From NCBI GenBank assembly GCA_030614785.1, contig JAUWTJ010000010.1, positions 615-64,614 on the forward strand: a DNA stretch of 64,000 bases, read 5' to 3'. Shown in pieces: positions 17,648-26,229 of this stretch. Below the pieces are notes generated by a model. The model saw nothing but the letters and a program-made list of their open reading frames with translations. It was not told the DNA's origin and did not search any database. This DNA comes from Alphaproteobacteria bacterium. Its GTDB lineage: Bacteria; Pseudomonadota; Alphaproteobacteria; M2410. The position numbers were made by a program, and so were the translations under genes. Each line of letters starts with the position of its first letter. The stretch's first letter is position 1.

Positions 17648-18979
17648 TCAGGCGGACGCAGGAAACACAGGCCAGCGGTCGACAATTTCACCTTCATCAT
17701 AGACTGCAATATCGCCAAATTGAAGGAATACCGCCTCACTTTGATGGGGTCGAAGAAAAACGAAATCATTTGGATCAAGGTCAACTTCGGAAGGTCCATT
17801 GAGCATCTCCTGATTACTTGATCGCCCGAACAACCCATTATAGTGCAGCCCTTGAGGTGAGACGGGATCGGCCATCCAATGGCCTCCGTAAATGAAAATA
17901 GTCTTGCGGCTGTTCGGGTCCCAAAGCTCGGTTATTTTGTTAAGGCCTCCCAGAAGAGGGACCCTTATACCCGACATGCTCTTGATGACCGGTGCCGCAA
18001 TAAATGAGGCGGGCTGGAATCCTTCCAGCATATCGGTATCGAAGTGTGTTGGTTTTACGAGAGCCGAGCCAACGGAAACTTCATTTGCCAGGCTGGTGTC
18101 CTGATAAAGGCGGTAGGTCGGACTTCCTGCAGCGTTACGGGTCATCAGGTCTGGATTGTAGTCTGCGCCCATTACCTCCTGCGCAGTCTTGAGAGCGTCA
18201 TTATACAGGCCCCAGGCCGCATTTGTCGCCCGCGCACGAAGGCCGAGCACTTTTGGAACAGCGGCCAGATGGGGTTCGTAACCCATGAACCCGGAGAAGG
18301 TGAGGCGCTTGTTTGCGGCGATCATTGTGATGGCTTCGGCAATATCTTCATTGCCTTCAAAGCCTCCCCGGTGCAGCCCGACGTCAATCTCGAGGTTGAG
18401 ATTCAATTTCAGATCCCGGGCCTCGGCCACGGCAGCGTATTCCGCAATCCGCCGGGGCGTATCGACCAGCCATTGGATGCCGTTCAGGGCCTCGTTTGCG
18501 GTCGGTTGTTGGGTTTTGTAAAAACCGGCCACGGCAGCAACCGGCAGCGGTTTACCGAGCAGAATATCTGTCGTGCCTGGCCGGGTAACAAGGTGCTTCA
18601 GGAATTCAAGATTGAACACCATCATTCGGTTTGATCCGGAGCGCCCGGCGACCTCGTCCAGCAGGTTATGACTGGGCAGAGACTTTGAGACGATCCGGTA
18701 CTTCATGCCAGAGGGCAAATTCTGCATCAATGTGTCGATGTTACTGTGCAGGCGCGCGCGATCAATGATCAGAGTTGGTGCCGCAATCCCGGCCCGCTTC
18801 AAGGCATCAGACATTCGCGTGAAGTAGGGGTCAACCGGTGCGCTGGCGTCGCGTGGCCTGGCAAGCAAGAGGCCGCCCGTGGCCGCGAGCACGCCGCTGG
18901 CGGCCAGGACCTTGCGACGCGAATAGTTACCTGGCACTCTTGCAAGTATTTCTTCGGCTCTATGCCTGAATGTCGACAT
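17648..18979 (-). CDS. DSD1-family PLP-dependent enzyme (alanine-racemase-like barrel) with a Tat motif
   Basis: RIVSKSLPS (PLP Lys), EIDVGLHRGGF, GFMGYEPH, AGSPTY; N-terminal SRRKVLAASGVLAA. Confidence 0.8.
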   Translation of the reverse strand: MSTFRHRAEEILARVPGNYSRRKVLAASGVLAATGGLLLARPRDASAPVDPYFTRMSDALKRAGIAAPTLIIDRARLHSNIDTLMQNLPSGMKYRIVSKSLPSHNLLDEVAGRSGSNRMMVFNLEFLKHLVTRPGTTDILLGKPLPVAAVAGFYKTQQPTANEALNGIQWLVDTPRRIAEYAAVAEARDLKLNLNLEIDVGLHRGGFEGNEDIAEAITMIAANKRLTFSGFMGYEPHLAAVPKVLGLRARATNAAWGLYNDALKTAQEVMGADYNPDLMTRNAAGSPTYRLYQDTSLANEVSVGSALVKPTHFDTDMLEGFQPASFIAAPVIKSMSGIRVPLLGGLNKITELWDPNSRKTIFIYGGHWMADPVSPQGLHYNGLFGRSSNQEMLNGPSEVDLDPNDFVFLRPHQSEAVFLQFGDIAVYDEGEIVDRWPVFPASA

Positions 18980-20363
18980 CAAACACCTTCCTGAGGTAGG
19001 AGTTGAGAAGCTTTGCCTTTGGGTCAACTTCCTGTCGTACCCGTTTGAAGTCATCCCAATGCCTGTACAGCTCTTTGAAATCAGCCGACTCGAGGGTGTT
19101 CAGTTTCCCCCTATGCGGCCTGCCGCCACGGCGCTTCATCACGGGCTCGATATCAGTGAACAGAAACTGATAATCGTCTTCATGGTGGACGTGAACTGCG
19201 ATCGAAATGCGGTCACAGCCCTCAAAGGGGCTGAGCCAGGCTGTGTCACCCTTGATGTAACGCACTTCAATAGGGAAAAACACGTCGCGATGATCGCGTT
19301 CCAGGATCCCGATGATCTCGTCGAGCGTATCGAAAGCCTGAGCAACGGGCATGTGGTACTCCAGTTCATTGAAGCGCATGGTCCGCTCCGAAGATAACAG
19401 TTTCCAGCTTGTGTCGGAAACGGTTTCCGCTTCGATATCCTTGATGGCGGAGCGACCAAGGGCTCTGCGTAGAGGCGGGATAAACGAGACTGTGTCCCTC
19501 AGTTTCTTCAGCGACACCAAGCCTTCATTGTCATCGGACATGGAGTTTCCACTTGGCGCGTTGTCGGTTTTGTTGTGGGCAATAGCCAGGCAATGACCTG
19601 TAAACGGGACATAGAAGAACTCGAACGACCGATGCGTTTCAAAGAGCTGCGTCGCGCGGGACATGAGGGTATCATATGGTTCCACCCATGTTTTCCGCTC
19701 CAGATAGTGAGAGGGTTCAACGTGATATCCAGCCTGGGTAATGATTCCCAGAGCCCCCAGGGAGACTTGCGCCGCCGCAAAAAGATCGGCGTTCCGCTCA
19801 GACGAGCACTCGAGAATATCGCCATTGGCTGCAACGAGACGCAGCGATCTGACATCAGCCGACATGGATGGGGCATTCTTTCCTGACCCGTGGGTCGCCG
19901 TTGAAATAGCCCCGGCCAGTGTCTGTTTGTTGATGTCGGGCAGATTTGGAAATGCCACGCCGTGCGTTTCCAGTTCCGGTGAGAGGCGGGCCAGTTTACC
20001 GCCTGCGTTGAGGACAGCCAGGCCGGCTTCCGGATCGACAGATTTCACTCCTCTGATCCGGTCAAGAGAGATCATGGTTGTGTCGGTGGGCACGAGCGGC
20101 GAAAAGCTGTGACCGGAACCCACAGCACGAACCGGTCCTGAACTTTCCATCAATATCGTTCTTAATTCATCTTCGTTGCGTGGGCCAAAACGGTTCGCCG
20201 GATAGCTGATTTGATTGCCAGACCAGTTTCGCCAAGCCAAGATATCGCCGTGCGAAGTCTCGGGATTTGGTGAGGATGTGGCGCGCTGTCGCAGGAGAGC
20301 CACCCCGGTTAGACCAGCGGCCCCGGCTACTCCGAGAAGTGCGAGAACTTTACGTCGGTCCAT
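18960..20363 (-). CDS. FAD-linked oxidase, D-arabinono-1,4-lactone oxidase (ALO)-like, with a Tat motif
   Basis: WRNWSG, RAVGSGHSFSP, QTLAGAISTATHGSG, RFNELEY, FFPIEVR, GGRPHRGK; N-terminus MDRRKVLALLG. Confidence 0.88.
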   Translation of the reverse strand: MDRRKVLALLGVAGAAGLTGVALLRQRATSSPNPETSHGDILAWRNWSGNQISYPANRFGPRNEDELRTILMESSGPVRAVGSGHSFSPLVPTDTTMISLDRIRGVKSVDPEAGLAVLNAGGKLARLSPELETHGVAFPNLPDINKQTLAGAISTATHGSGKNAPSMSADVRSLRLVAANGDILECSSERNADLFAAAQVSLGALGIITQAGYHVEPSHYLERKTWVEPYDTLMSRATQLFETHRSFEFFYVPFTGHCLAIAHNKTDNAPSGNSMSDDNEGLVSLKKLRDTVSFIPPLRRALGRSAIKDIEAETVSDTSWKLLSSERTMRFNELEYHMPVAQAFDTLDEIIGILERDHRDVFFPIEVRYIKGDTAWLSPFEGCDRISIAVHVHHEDDYQFLFTDIEPVMKRRGGRPHRGKLNTLESADFKELYRHWDDFKRVRQEVDPKAKLLNSYLRKVFDVDIQA

Positions 20364-20743
20364 CAGTTTTCCTTCGCTGCCTGGTTAAGCGATCGTCCGC
20401 CCAGGTATTGAATAAACAATTCCAGGTCCTGCTTTGTGCAAGCCGCGCAGCTGCCGAGCGCAGGCATTCCCTCAAATCCGTTGATCGTGTGAGAGTAGAG
20501 AGCGTCAAAACCTTTTGCCCATCTGGCATCCCAGGACGCACCGTCCCCGAAGAGCGGTGCCCCGGAGTCTTTGTCGCCGTGACAACCAACGCAAGTGACG
20601 TCGAAGAGCTCGAGCTGCTCCTCGGTCAATTCGGGCGGCGGACCATAGGTTTGCACGCTTTCCCGCTCAGCATTGCAAGCGTTCAAGGTGGCCACGCAGG
20701 CAAAGAGGCAAAGCCACCGGGATATGGTGATGTGCGTTTTCAT
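20363..20743 (-). CDS. Monoheme cytochrome c5, probable lipoprotein
   Basis: CVGCH heme motif, GAP, WDARWAKG, GMPALG; lipobox-like LNAC; TGATG overlap with the oxidase start. Confidence 0.85.
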   Translation of the reverse strand: MKTHITISRWLCLFACVATLNACNAERESVQTYGPPPELTEEQLELFDVTCVGCHGDKDSGAPLFGDGASWDARWAKGFDALYSHTINGFEGMPALGSCAACTKQDLELFIQYLGGRSLNQAAKEN

Positions 20744-20779
20744 AAAAGTAGTTATAACTATCTTTATGAAAACAGGCAA
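20736..20779 (-). promoter_or_regulatory. 38-bp palindromic operator overlapping a TTGCCT-N17-TATAAC promoter and the cytochrome ATG
   Basis: GTTTTCATAAA-AG-TAGTTATAACTA-TC-TTTATGAAAAC (19-bp arms, 2 mismatches); -35 at 20779-20774, -10 at 20756-20751. Confidence 0.72.
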
Positions 20780-20784
20780 GTGAC

Positions 20785-21414
20785 CTATGTCACAATCACA
20801 AAGAAAGCACTGATCGCAAGGGCCGCATCGCGGATTACAGCTTTTCGATTAAGGCCGGGCTCGTCGAATATGAGTTCCATCGTTGCATACCCAAGGTCGA
20901 TGGCCAGACGGGATTGCCGGTAGACTTCGGCCCGGGTTGAGTTTGGAAGGGACGGCGCTGTGGTATCAGCAATGGCCTTGGCCATCGCGGCATGGGACTC
21001 AGTACGGATACTCAGAAGGCTTGGAATTGCGCGCAGGCTTCGCGTGATCCACGGGCCACCCGGAAACGCCTCGGTTGTGCGGACGGTTTCGGAGATTATT
21101 TTTTCAATCTGGTGGACGCTGATAGAGAATACGTCTTGTTCTGTCTGCTCTTCGATGATGGTGAGGATGAGAGTGTTCTGCTTCTCCATCAAGCGATTCC
21201 CCAGAACTTTCAGGATGTCGTATTTGTCCGAAAAATAGCGATAGTAAGCCGGGGGCGTGACACCGGCGCGTTCAACGATCGCATTTGTCGAGATACTCTC
21301 GATACCGATCTCTTCAAGAAGTTCTCCCGTTGCCATCAACAGTTTTTCATAGGTTGCACGTGCGCGCGCTTGCCGGGGTTCGCGTGGTCCATTGCTTTGT
21401 GCGGCTGAAGACAT
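20785..21414 (-). CDS. TetR/AcrR family regulator
   Basis: RQARARATYEKLL, ISTNAIVERAGVTPPAYYRYFSDK. Confidence 0.92.
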   Translation of the reverse strand: MSSAAQSNGPREPRQARARATYEKLLMATGELLEEIGIESISTNAIVERAGVTPPAYYRYFSDKYDILKVLGNRLMEKQNTLILTIIEEQTEQDVFSISVHQIEKIISETVRTTEAFPGGPWITRSLRAIPSLLSIRTESHAAMAKAIADTTAPSLPNSTRAEVYRQSRLAIDLGYATMELIFDEPGLNRKAVIRDAALAISAFFVIVT

Positions 21415-21466
21415 GAAGATCTGTACTCTTGTGGTTTCGGTGGTGGACGGACCTGCAACGTAGCCC

Positions 21467-21500
21467 TTGACTGCACCTGAAAAGAATAGTTTATACTATC
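21467..21500 (+). promoter_or_regulatory. Candidate sulfatase promoter (TTGACT-N19-TATACT) overlapped by a variant of the TetR operator core
   Basis: TAGTTTATACTATC at 21487-21500 versus TAGTTATAACTATC at 20749-20762 (11/14). Confidence 0.45.
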
Positions 21501-21571
21501 ATACAATATATCCGTTGGGAAGGTTTAACACAGTGTTTCAGCCGGTGCGATAAAGGATCTGCCCCCGGAGA

Positions 21572-23263
21572 ATGTCCAGCCCAAACAAGAGTGAGGCGAT
21601 GATGAGTGAGAATCTGGATCCGCAAACCGGCAGGGCCGCAGATCTTCCTGGTGTTATTCGCGCCCGGATAAGGCAAGCTGTTTCAGCCCGCCCCCTGGCG
21701 GCGACGGCTTGGGTTGTCGCAGGGGTTGGCCTCGGCATTCTTCTTACCACCCTTGTTCTTCTCACGTTCCCCGACCCGGAACGCAATGGCCTGACGGCAG
21801 AGGACTTTGCCGACAAGACTTTGCCAGCTTCAGTGAAGCTGGTCGTTGAGAAGCGCACGCGTAGACCGAATGTGGTTTTCATTCTTGCCGATGATCTGGG
21901 TTACGGGGACATTAAAGCCTATGGCCCAACGCCGATCAATACGCCTAATCTTGATCAACTGGCGCAAGAGGGCGTTCGTTATACCAGCTTTTACGCCGCA
22001 GCTTCCCTTTGCTCACCTTCACGAGCAGGATTGCTGACAGGCCGATACGCCTTGCGAACGGGCATTTCATACCCGTTCCAAAATGAGGAAGTCAAAGGTT
22101 TGGGCGGATGGGTCGAAAGCCGGTTTGTCTCTTTGTTGGCCTACCTTGGCACTGCAGATCTCAAGTCGGGTGGAAACCTCGTCAACGGCTTACCGCCGTC
22201 GGAATTAACTATCGCGGAAGGTCTGAAGCAAGCGGGATATCGCACCGGCATCGTCGGCAAGTGGCATCTGGGTGACTTCAAACGTTGGCCGAAATATCAT
22301 CCTCATAAAAATGGATTTGACTGGTTCGTCGGGTTTAATGCGTCCAATGACGATTGGCCTGTTGCCTTTTATGACAACGATCAGGAGATCATTGCCGATA
22401 TCGGGTTCGAACAGGAAGCCTACACACAGATTTTCACGCAAGAAGCTGTTGAATTCATTGAGCGAAACCAGGAACAACCCTTCTTCTTGTTCTTCTCCCA
22501 CAAGGATCCCCATCAACCGTTCTTTCCTTCAAGTGGTTTTGCCGGAAAATCGAAAGGCGGTAGTTACGGCGATGCGGTCGAGGAACTGGATGGCAGTGTT
22601 GGCACTATCCTTGAAACTCTTGAGCGCCTTGATCTTGCCGAGAATACGGTTGTCATATTCACGAGTGATAACGGACCCTGGTATGAGGGAAATCCTGGAG
22701 GCTTACGCGGCCGTAAGGGCATGAGCTATGAGGGCGGGTACAAGGTGCCTTTCCTCATGCGATATCCCGGGCGAGTTGAGCCTGCAACGGTCAATGATGC
22801 CCCGGCTATGGGGATTGATTTGTTGCCTTCGATATTTGCAATGGCCGGTGTCCGCCTGCCTGATGACAGAGTGATTGATGGCATCAGCCTGGTTGACGAG
22901 ACCGGTGCTCCCCTGGCGAGTGACGTTGATCGCGGACCGATTTATTTTTTCAGCGGATATGACTTTGAGGCTGTGCGTCAGGGGCGGTACAAATTGATTG
23001 AACGCAACAGCACCTATGGGTGGCCGATTCCTCTCGACAAACCGGTCGGCTTTGCGGCAGTGACAATGCCCCGATATTCACCTGAAGGTGACGAGCGATC
23101 GATTCCGAAACTCAATTCCTGGCCAAAACTCTACGACGTCAATCTGGATCCGTCCGAGGCCTACAATCTTTCCGAATTGTATCCCGACGAGGTGACACGA
23201 CTTGAAGAGCAACTTGAAACCTGGCGCACAGAGTTCTATCGGGATCCTCGTGGGCGCCAGTGA
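21572..23263 (+). CDS. Sulfatase (Cys-type) with an N-terminal membrane anchor
   Basis: RPNVVFILADDLGYGD, CSPSRAGLLTGR, GKWHLG, SDNGPW; TM segment WVVAGVGLGILLTTLVLLTF. Confidence 0.92.
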   Translation: MSSPNKSEAMMSENLDPQTGRAADLPGVIRARIRQAVSARPLAATAWVVAGVGLGILLTTLVLLTFPDPERNGLTAEDFADKTLPASVKLVVEKRTRRPNVVFILADDLGYGDIKAYGPTPINTPNLDQLAQEGVRYTSFYAAASLCSPSRAGLLTGRYALRTGISYPFQNEEVKGLGGWVESRFVSLLAYLGTADLKSGGNLVNGLPPSELTIAEGLKQAGYRTGIVGKWHLGDFKRWPKYHPHKNGFDWFVGFNASNDDWPVAFYDNDQEIIADIGFEQEAYTQIFTQEAVEFIERNQEQPFFLFFSHKDPHQPFFPSSGFAGKSKGGSYGDAVEELDGSVGTILETLERLDLAENTVVIFTSDNGPWYEGNPGGLRGRKGMSYEGGYKVPFLMRYPGRVEPATVNDAPAMGIDLLPSIFAMAGVRLPDDRVIDGISLVDETGAPLASDVDRGPIYFFSGYDFEAVRQGRYKLIERNSTYGWPIPLDKPVGFAAVTMPRYSPEGDERSIPKLNSWPKLYDVNLDPSEAYNLSELYPDEVTRLEEQLETWRTEFYRDPRGRQ

Positions 23264-23291
23264 GGCAGATTGGGCAACCGTCATTCTCCGG

Positions 23292-25592
23292 CTAACGTGA
23301 CAAACGAGTCACTAAATCCCTATAGGTCGGATCATCGGGAAAGACTCTCGCCAGCCGTTCAGCGTATTTTTGCAGTTCAGGAAAATCATGTTGTTGATTG
23401 GCAAGAGTTAATCCCAGGTTCAGAAGGTCCGGATCAAACGGGTACTCCTCCAGTGCAGTATCCAGTATTGTGTGGGCCTTTGCGAGATGACCGTAGGATT
23501 GAAGGGCCACCGCGTAGACATATGAAAATCGAGCAGTAATGGGGGCCTGTTTTGCTGCGGCCTCCAAATGAATCATGGCCTCAACAGTGTTTTTCTGGCG
23601 AATGTAGGCAAGGCCCAAAGCATGGTGGATTGAAGCATCTCCCTTCGTGGTCTTGAGCCCCTCAAGCAAAACATTCATTGCCTCTTCGTCTTGACCCTGC
23701 ATCCGCAGAAGTTCCGCGAGGTTTACCCATGAAGGTGCAAAGGCAGGATCTATGTCCATGGCTTTTCGATAAGCTGCGGCGGCTTTTTCCATGTCACCTT
23801 GCCCCTGATAGACGAGAGCACGGTTGAGCCGTCCTTCGCCACGCCAGGCACTTTCTTCATTGGCCTCAAGAAGCTCAGCCATTGCCACTTTGAATGTCTC
23901 TGACAATTCATCTGACATGGCTGCCTGGGGGATGTCAGCAAGGGCAGTTGCCGCCTCAATTCGAACGGCTTTCAGGTCGTCCGAGAGTAGCGGTGCGAGA
24001 TAGTCCACGCGTTCCTTTTCTGAAAGCATGGTCAGAGCCCTGATTGCTCCCATACGAAGAAGAGGCTCCTCACTTGACAAGTGCGACCTGGCAACCGAGA
24101 TCAAGGCGAGATCAGCTACGCCAGGCACAAGGCTGAGGGCTGTTGCCCTGGTCAGCGCGGGCTCCGCCTCGTCTTCGATCAGGTCCCGCAGAGGCTTCCG
24201 GGCAGCAGGGTCGCGCCGACGTGCTGCGGAAAGAGCCCTGATATGAGACGCTGCATCGGGCTCTGATCCATACCACCGCGTGATATGTCCGGCGGCAGTA
24301 TCGTTGGTCATGTCCTTGTGGCACCTGGTGCAGGCGTTTGGCGTGTTCAGGTCCCGGGATAAATCCGGGCGAGGAACTTTGAAGCTGTGATCCCGACGTG
24401 CGTCGATACCCATGTAAGTTGTTTCTGGCATGTGGCAATTGACGCAGAGGGCTCCGGTTGATCCGCTTTGATGGCGGTGATGGACAGGGGCGTCGAAAAT
24501 CTTTGGAGAATGGCAGGTCGTACATAGTGAGTTGCCATTCTGCTTGAGATCCAGACTGTGGGCGTTATGACAATTGGTGCAGGTCACCCCGGCTGCCGCC
24601 ATTTTGCTTTGCATGAAAGAGCCCCAGACGTAAACTTCATCAAGGATTTGCCCGTCTGGATGATACAGGCCAGGGTCGAGAAGACCAGGAGAAAACTGAT
24701 CCAGAAAAGCGAGACGTGGATCAATATGTTTGGTCAACGGCGTGCGGCGCGAATGGCATGCTGCACACACAGCAATCTCACCTTTCTCGTGCGATTCACC
24801 CTGGTTTCTGGCGGTGTGTTCATCGTCATCACGTTCAAACCTTGTTTTCTGCGAATCCGAAAACCGGAGAACATTGTCACTGGCAGAGCCTTTATCAAAC
24901 ACCTTTGTCGAACGGACTATATCATTCATTGCTTCAATGTGAGTTTTGGTTTCACCATGGCAGGAGGCACAGGAGACATTGATGGCGGAAGCTGTCGAGC
25001 TAAAAAGGTCATTCGACACATCATAATTTCGAGAGAGACCTGATGAATGGCAGTCTGCACACATACCGTTCCAGTTTTGACTTGGCGAAAGCCAGTGCAG
25101 CCGATCCCCGCGCGGTGTTACATTTTCCTCATAGAGGTGAAACCAACGATCTCCGCCCTCAGATGCTGATCGCGTATCCCAGGCCCATGGGAGAGCTTGC
25201 AGTTTTCCTTGTTTGGTTTCAACGAGATATTGTTGCAGGGGGAAAACACCAAAAGTATAACGAATACGGAATGTCTCTTGTAATCCCGGTTTGTCAGTTT
25301 GTGAAACAACCGCCAGGAAGATATCGCCAGTCTGAGTAAATACGGTTTGCTCTCCCGAGTGGGTCAGTGCAACATTCCTGAAATCGCCCAAAACAGTTGA
25401 TGTATTAGCATGATCCATGGCTTTGGCATGGTGGGACTTGCGCCAGGCAGTGACCTCGGCCCGGTGACAGGCCGCGCAAGCCTCTTCATTACTGTCGGCA
25501 ACAATTAGTGGTGCGGCGTTTGCCACCGTATGCATACCCCATAGGGCAAGTACGAGTATTGAGACAGGGGTTCTGAACACGTTTTTCTCCAC
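23292..25592 (-). CDS. Periplasmic octaheme c-type cytochrome fused to HEAT- and TPR-like repeats
   Basis: Eight CxxCH motifs (CAACH, CADCH, CASCH, CAACH, CTNCH, CTTCH, CVNCH, CTRCH); signal peptide; C-terminal TPR patterns such as AAAAYRKAMDIDPAFAPSWVNLA. Confidence 0.88.
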   Translation of the reverse strand: MEKNVFRTPVSILVLALWGMHTVANAAPLIVADSNEEACAACHRAEVTAWRKSHHAKAMDHANTSTVLGDFRNVALTHSGEQTVFTQTGDIFLAVVSQTDKPGLQETFRIRYTFGVFPLQQYLVETKQGKLQALPWAWDTRSASEGGDRWFHLYEENVTPRGDRLHWLSPSQNWNGMCADCHSSGLSRNYDVSNDLFSSTASAINVSCASCHGETKTHIEAMNDIVRSTKVFDKGSASDNVLRFSDSQKTRFERDDDEHTARNQGESHEKGEIAVCAACHSRRTPLTKHIDPRLAFLDQFSPGLLDPGLYHPDGQILDEVYVWGSFMQSKMAAAGVTCTNCHNAHSLDLKQNGNSLCTTCHSPKIFDAPVHHRHQSGSTGALCVNCHMPETTYMGIDARRDHSFKVPRPDLSRDLNTPNACTRCHKDMTNDTAAGHITRWYGSEPDAASHIRALSAARRRDPAARKPLRDLIEDEAEPALTRATALSLVPGVADLALISVARSHLSSEEPLLRMGAIRALTMLSEKERVDYLAPLLSDDLKAVRIEAATALADIPQAAMSDELSETFKVAMAELLEANEESAWRGEGRLNRALVYQGQGDMEKAAAAYRKAMDIDPAFAPSWVNLAELLRMQGQDEEAMNVLLEGLKTTKGDASIHHALGLAYIRQKNTVEAMIHLEAAAKQAPITARFSYVYAVALQSYGHLAKAHTILDTALEEYPFDPDLLNLGLTLANQQHDFPELQKYAERLARVFPDDPTYRDLVTRLSR

Positions 25593-25604
25593 TGTGAACT
25601 CTAG

Positions 25605-26181
25605 GGTCAGGACTCATTAAATCCACCATATGACGATAGCCGCAATACAGATCGCTGAGAAGTAGGTGTGAGAGCAACGGTCAGACACATAAGACGCGGA
25701 CGCCCCTGTCCGTCGCAAACCGCATGCAGCTTGCTGTTCAAGCCGCCTTTTGTGCGGCCAATGTCGCGGGGAACATCCCCTTTTTTGCCAGACTGGCGGC
25801 TGTTCGGTGGGCTTTCAGGTGCGTGGCATCAATCTGTAGCTGCTCAGGCGCATCGTGATCCGTCGCCAGACTTGTGAAGATCCGGTCGAAGACCCCCATC
25901 TCACTCCAGCGAATGAAACGATTATAAAGGGTCTTGTGCGGACCATATTCCTTTGGGGCGTCACGCCACTGAAGGCCACGTTTTAGCACGTGAATAATGC
26001 CGCTGATCACTTTCAAATCGTCAACCCGCGGCACGCCATGCGGCTTTGGAAAACAGGGCTCAATACGTTCGAGTTGATCGGGCGTCAGATAGAACAGGTC
26101 ATTCATCAGAAAAGAATCCTTTTCTTCAATGAATCACAGCTCAAACCCTTTGGGAATCCTCAAAATTAATAGGTCCTGAGC
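25605..26181 (-). mobile_element. Internally deleted IS5-family (IS427-type) element, 577 bp, flanked by CTAG
   Basis: IRs GGTCAGGACTCATTAA / TTAATAGGTCCTGAGC (13/16); CTAG at 25601-25604 and 26182-26185. Confidence 0.9.
25617..26106 (-). pseudogene. IS5 transposase, frameshift-type, catalytic middle deleted
   Basis: OrfA ...QWRDAPKEYGPHKTLYNRFIRW...IDATHLKAHRTAAS; A AAA AAG slippery site; the -1 frame reads IGRTKGGLNSKLHAVCDGQGRP and then jumps to the terminal DRCSHTYFSAICIAAIVIWWI. Confidence 0.88.
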
Positions 26182-26229
26182 CTAGTTCAATTGTCAGGTT
26201 TCGTAGTGAACAAAAAACCCTACAAGGCG

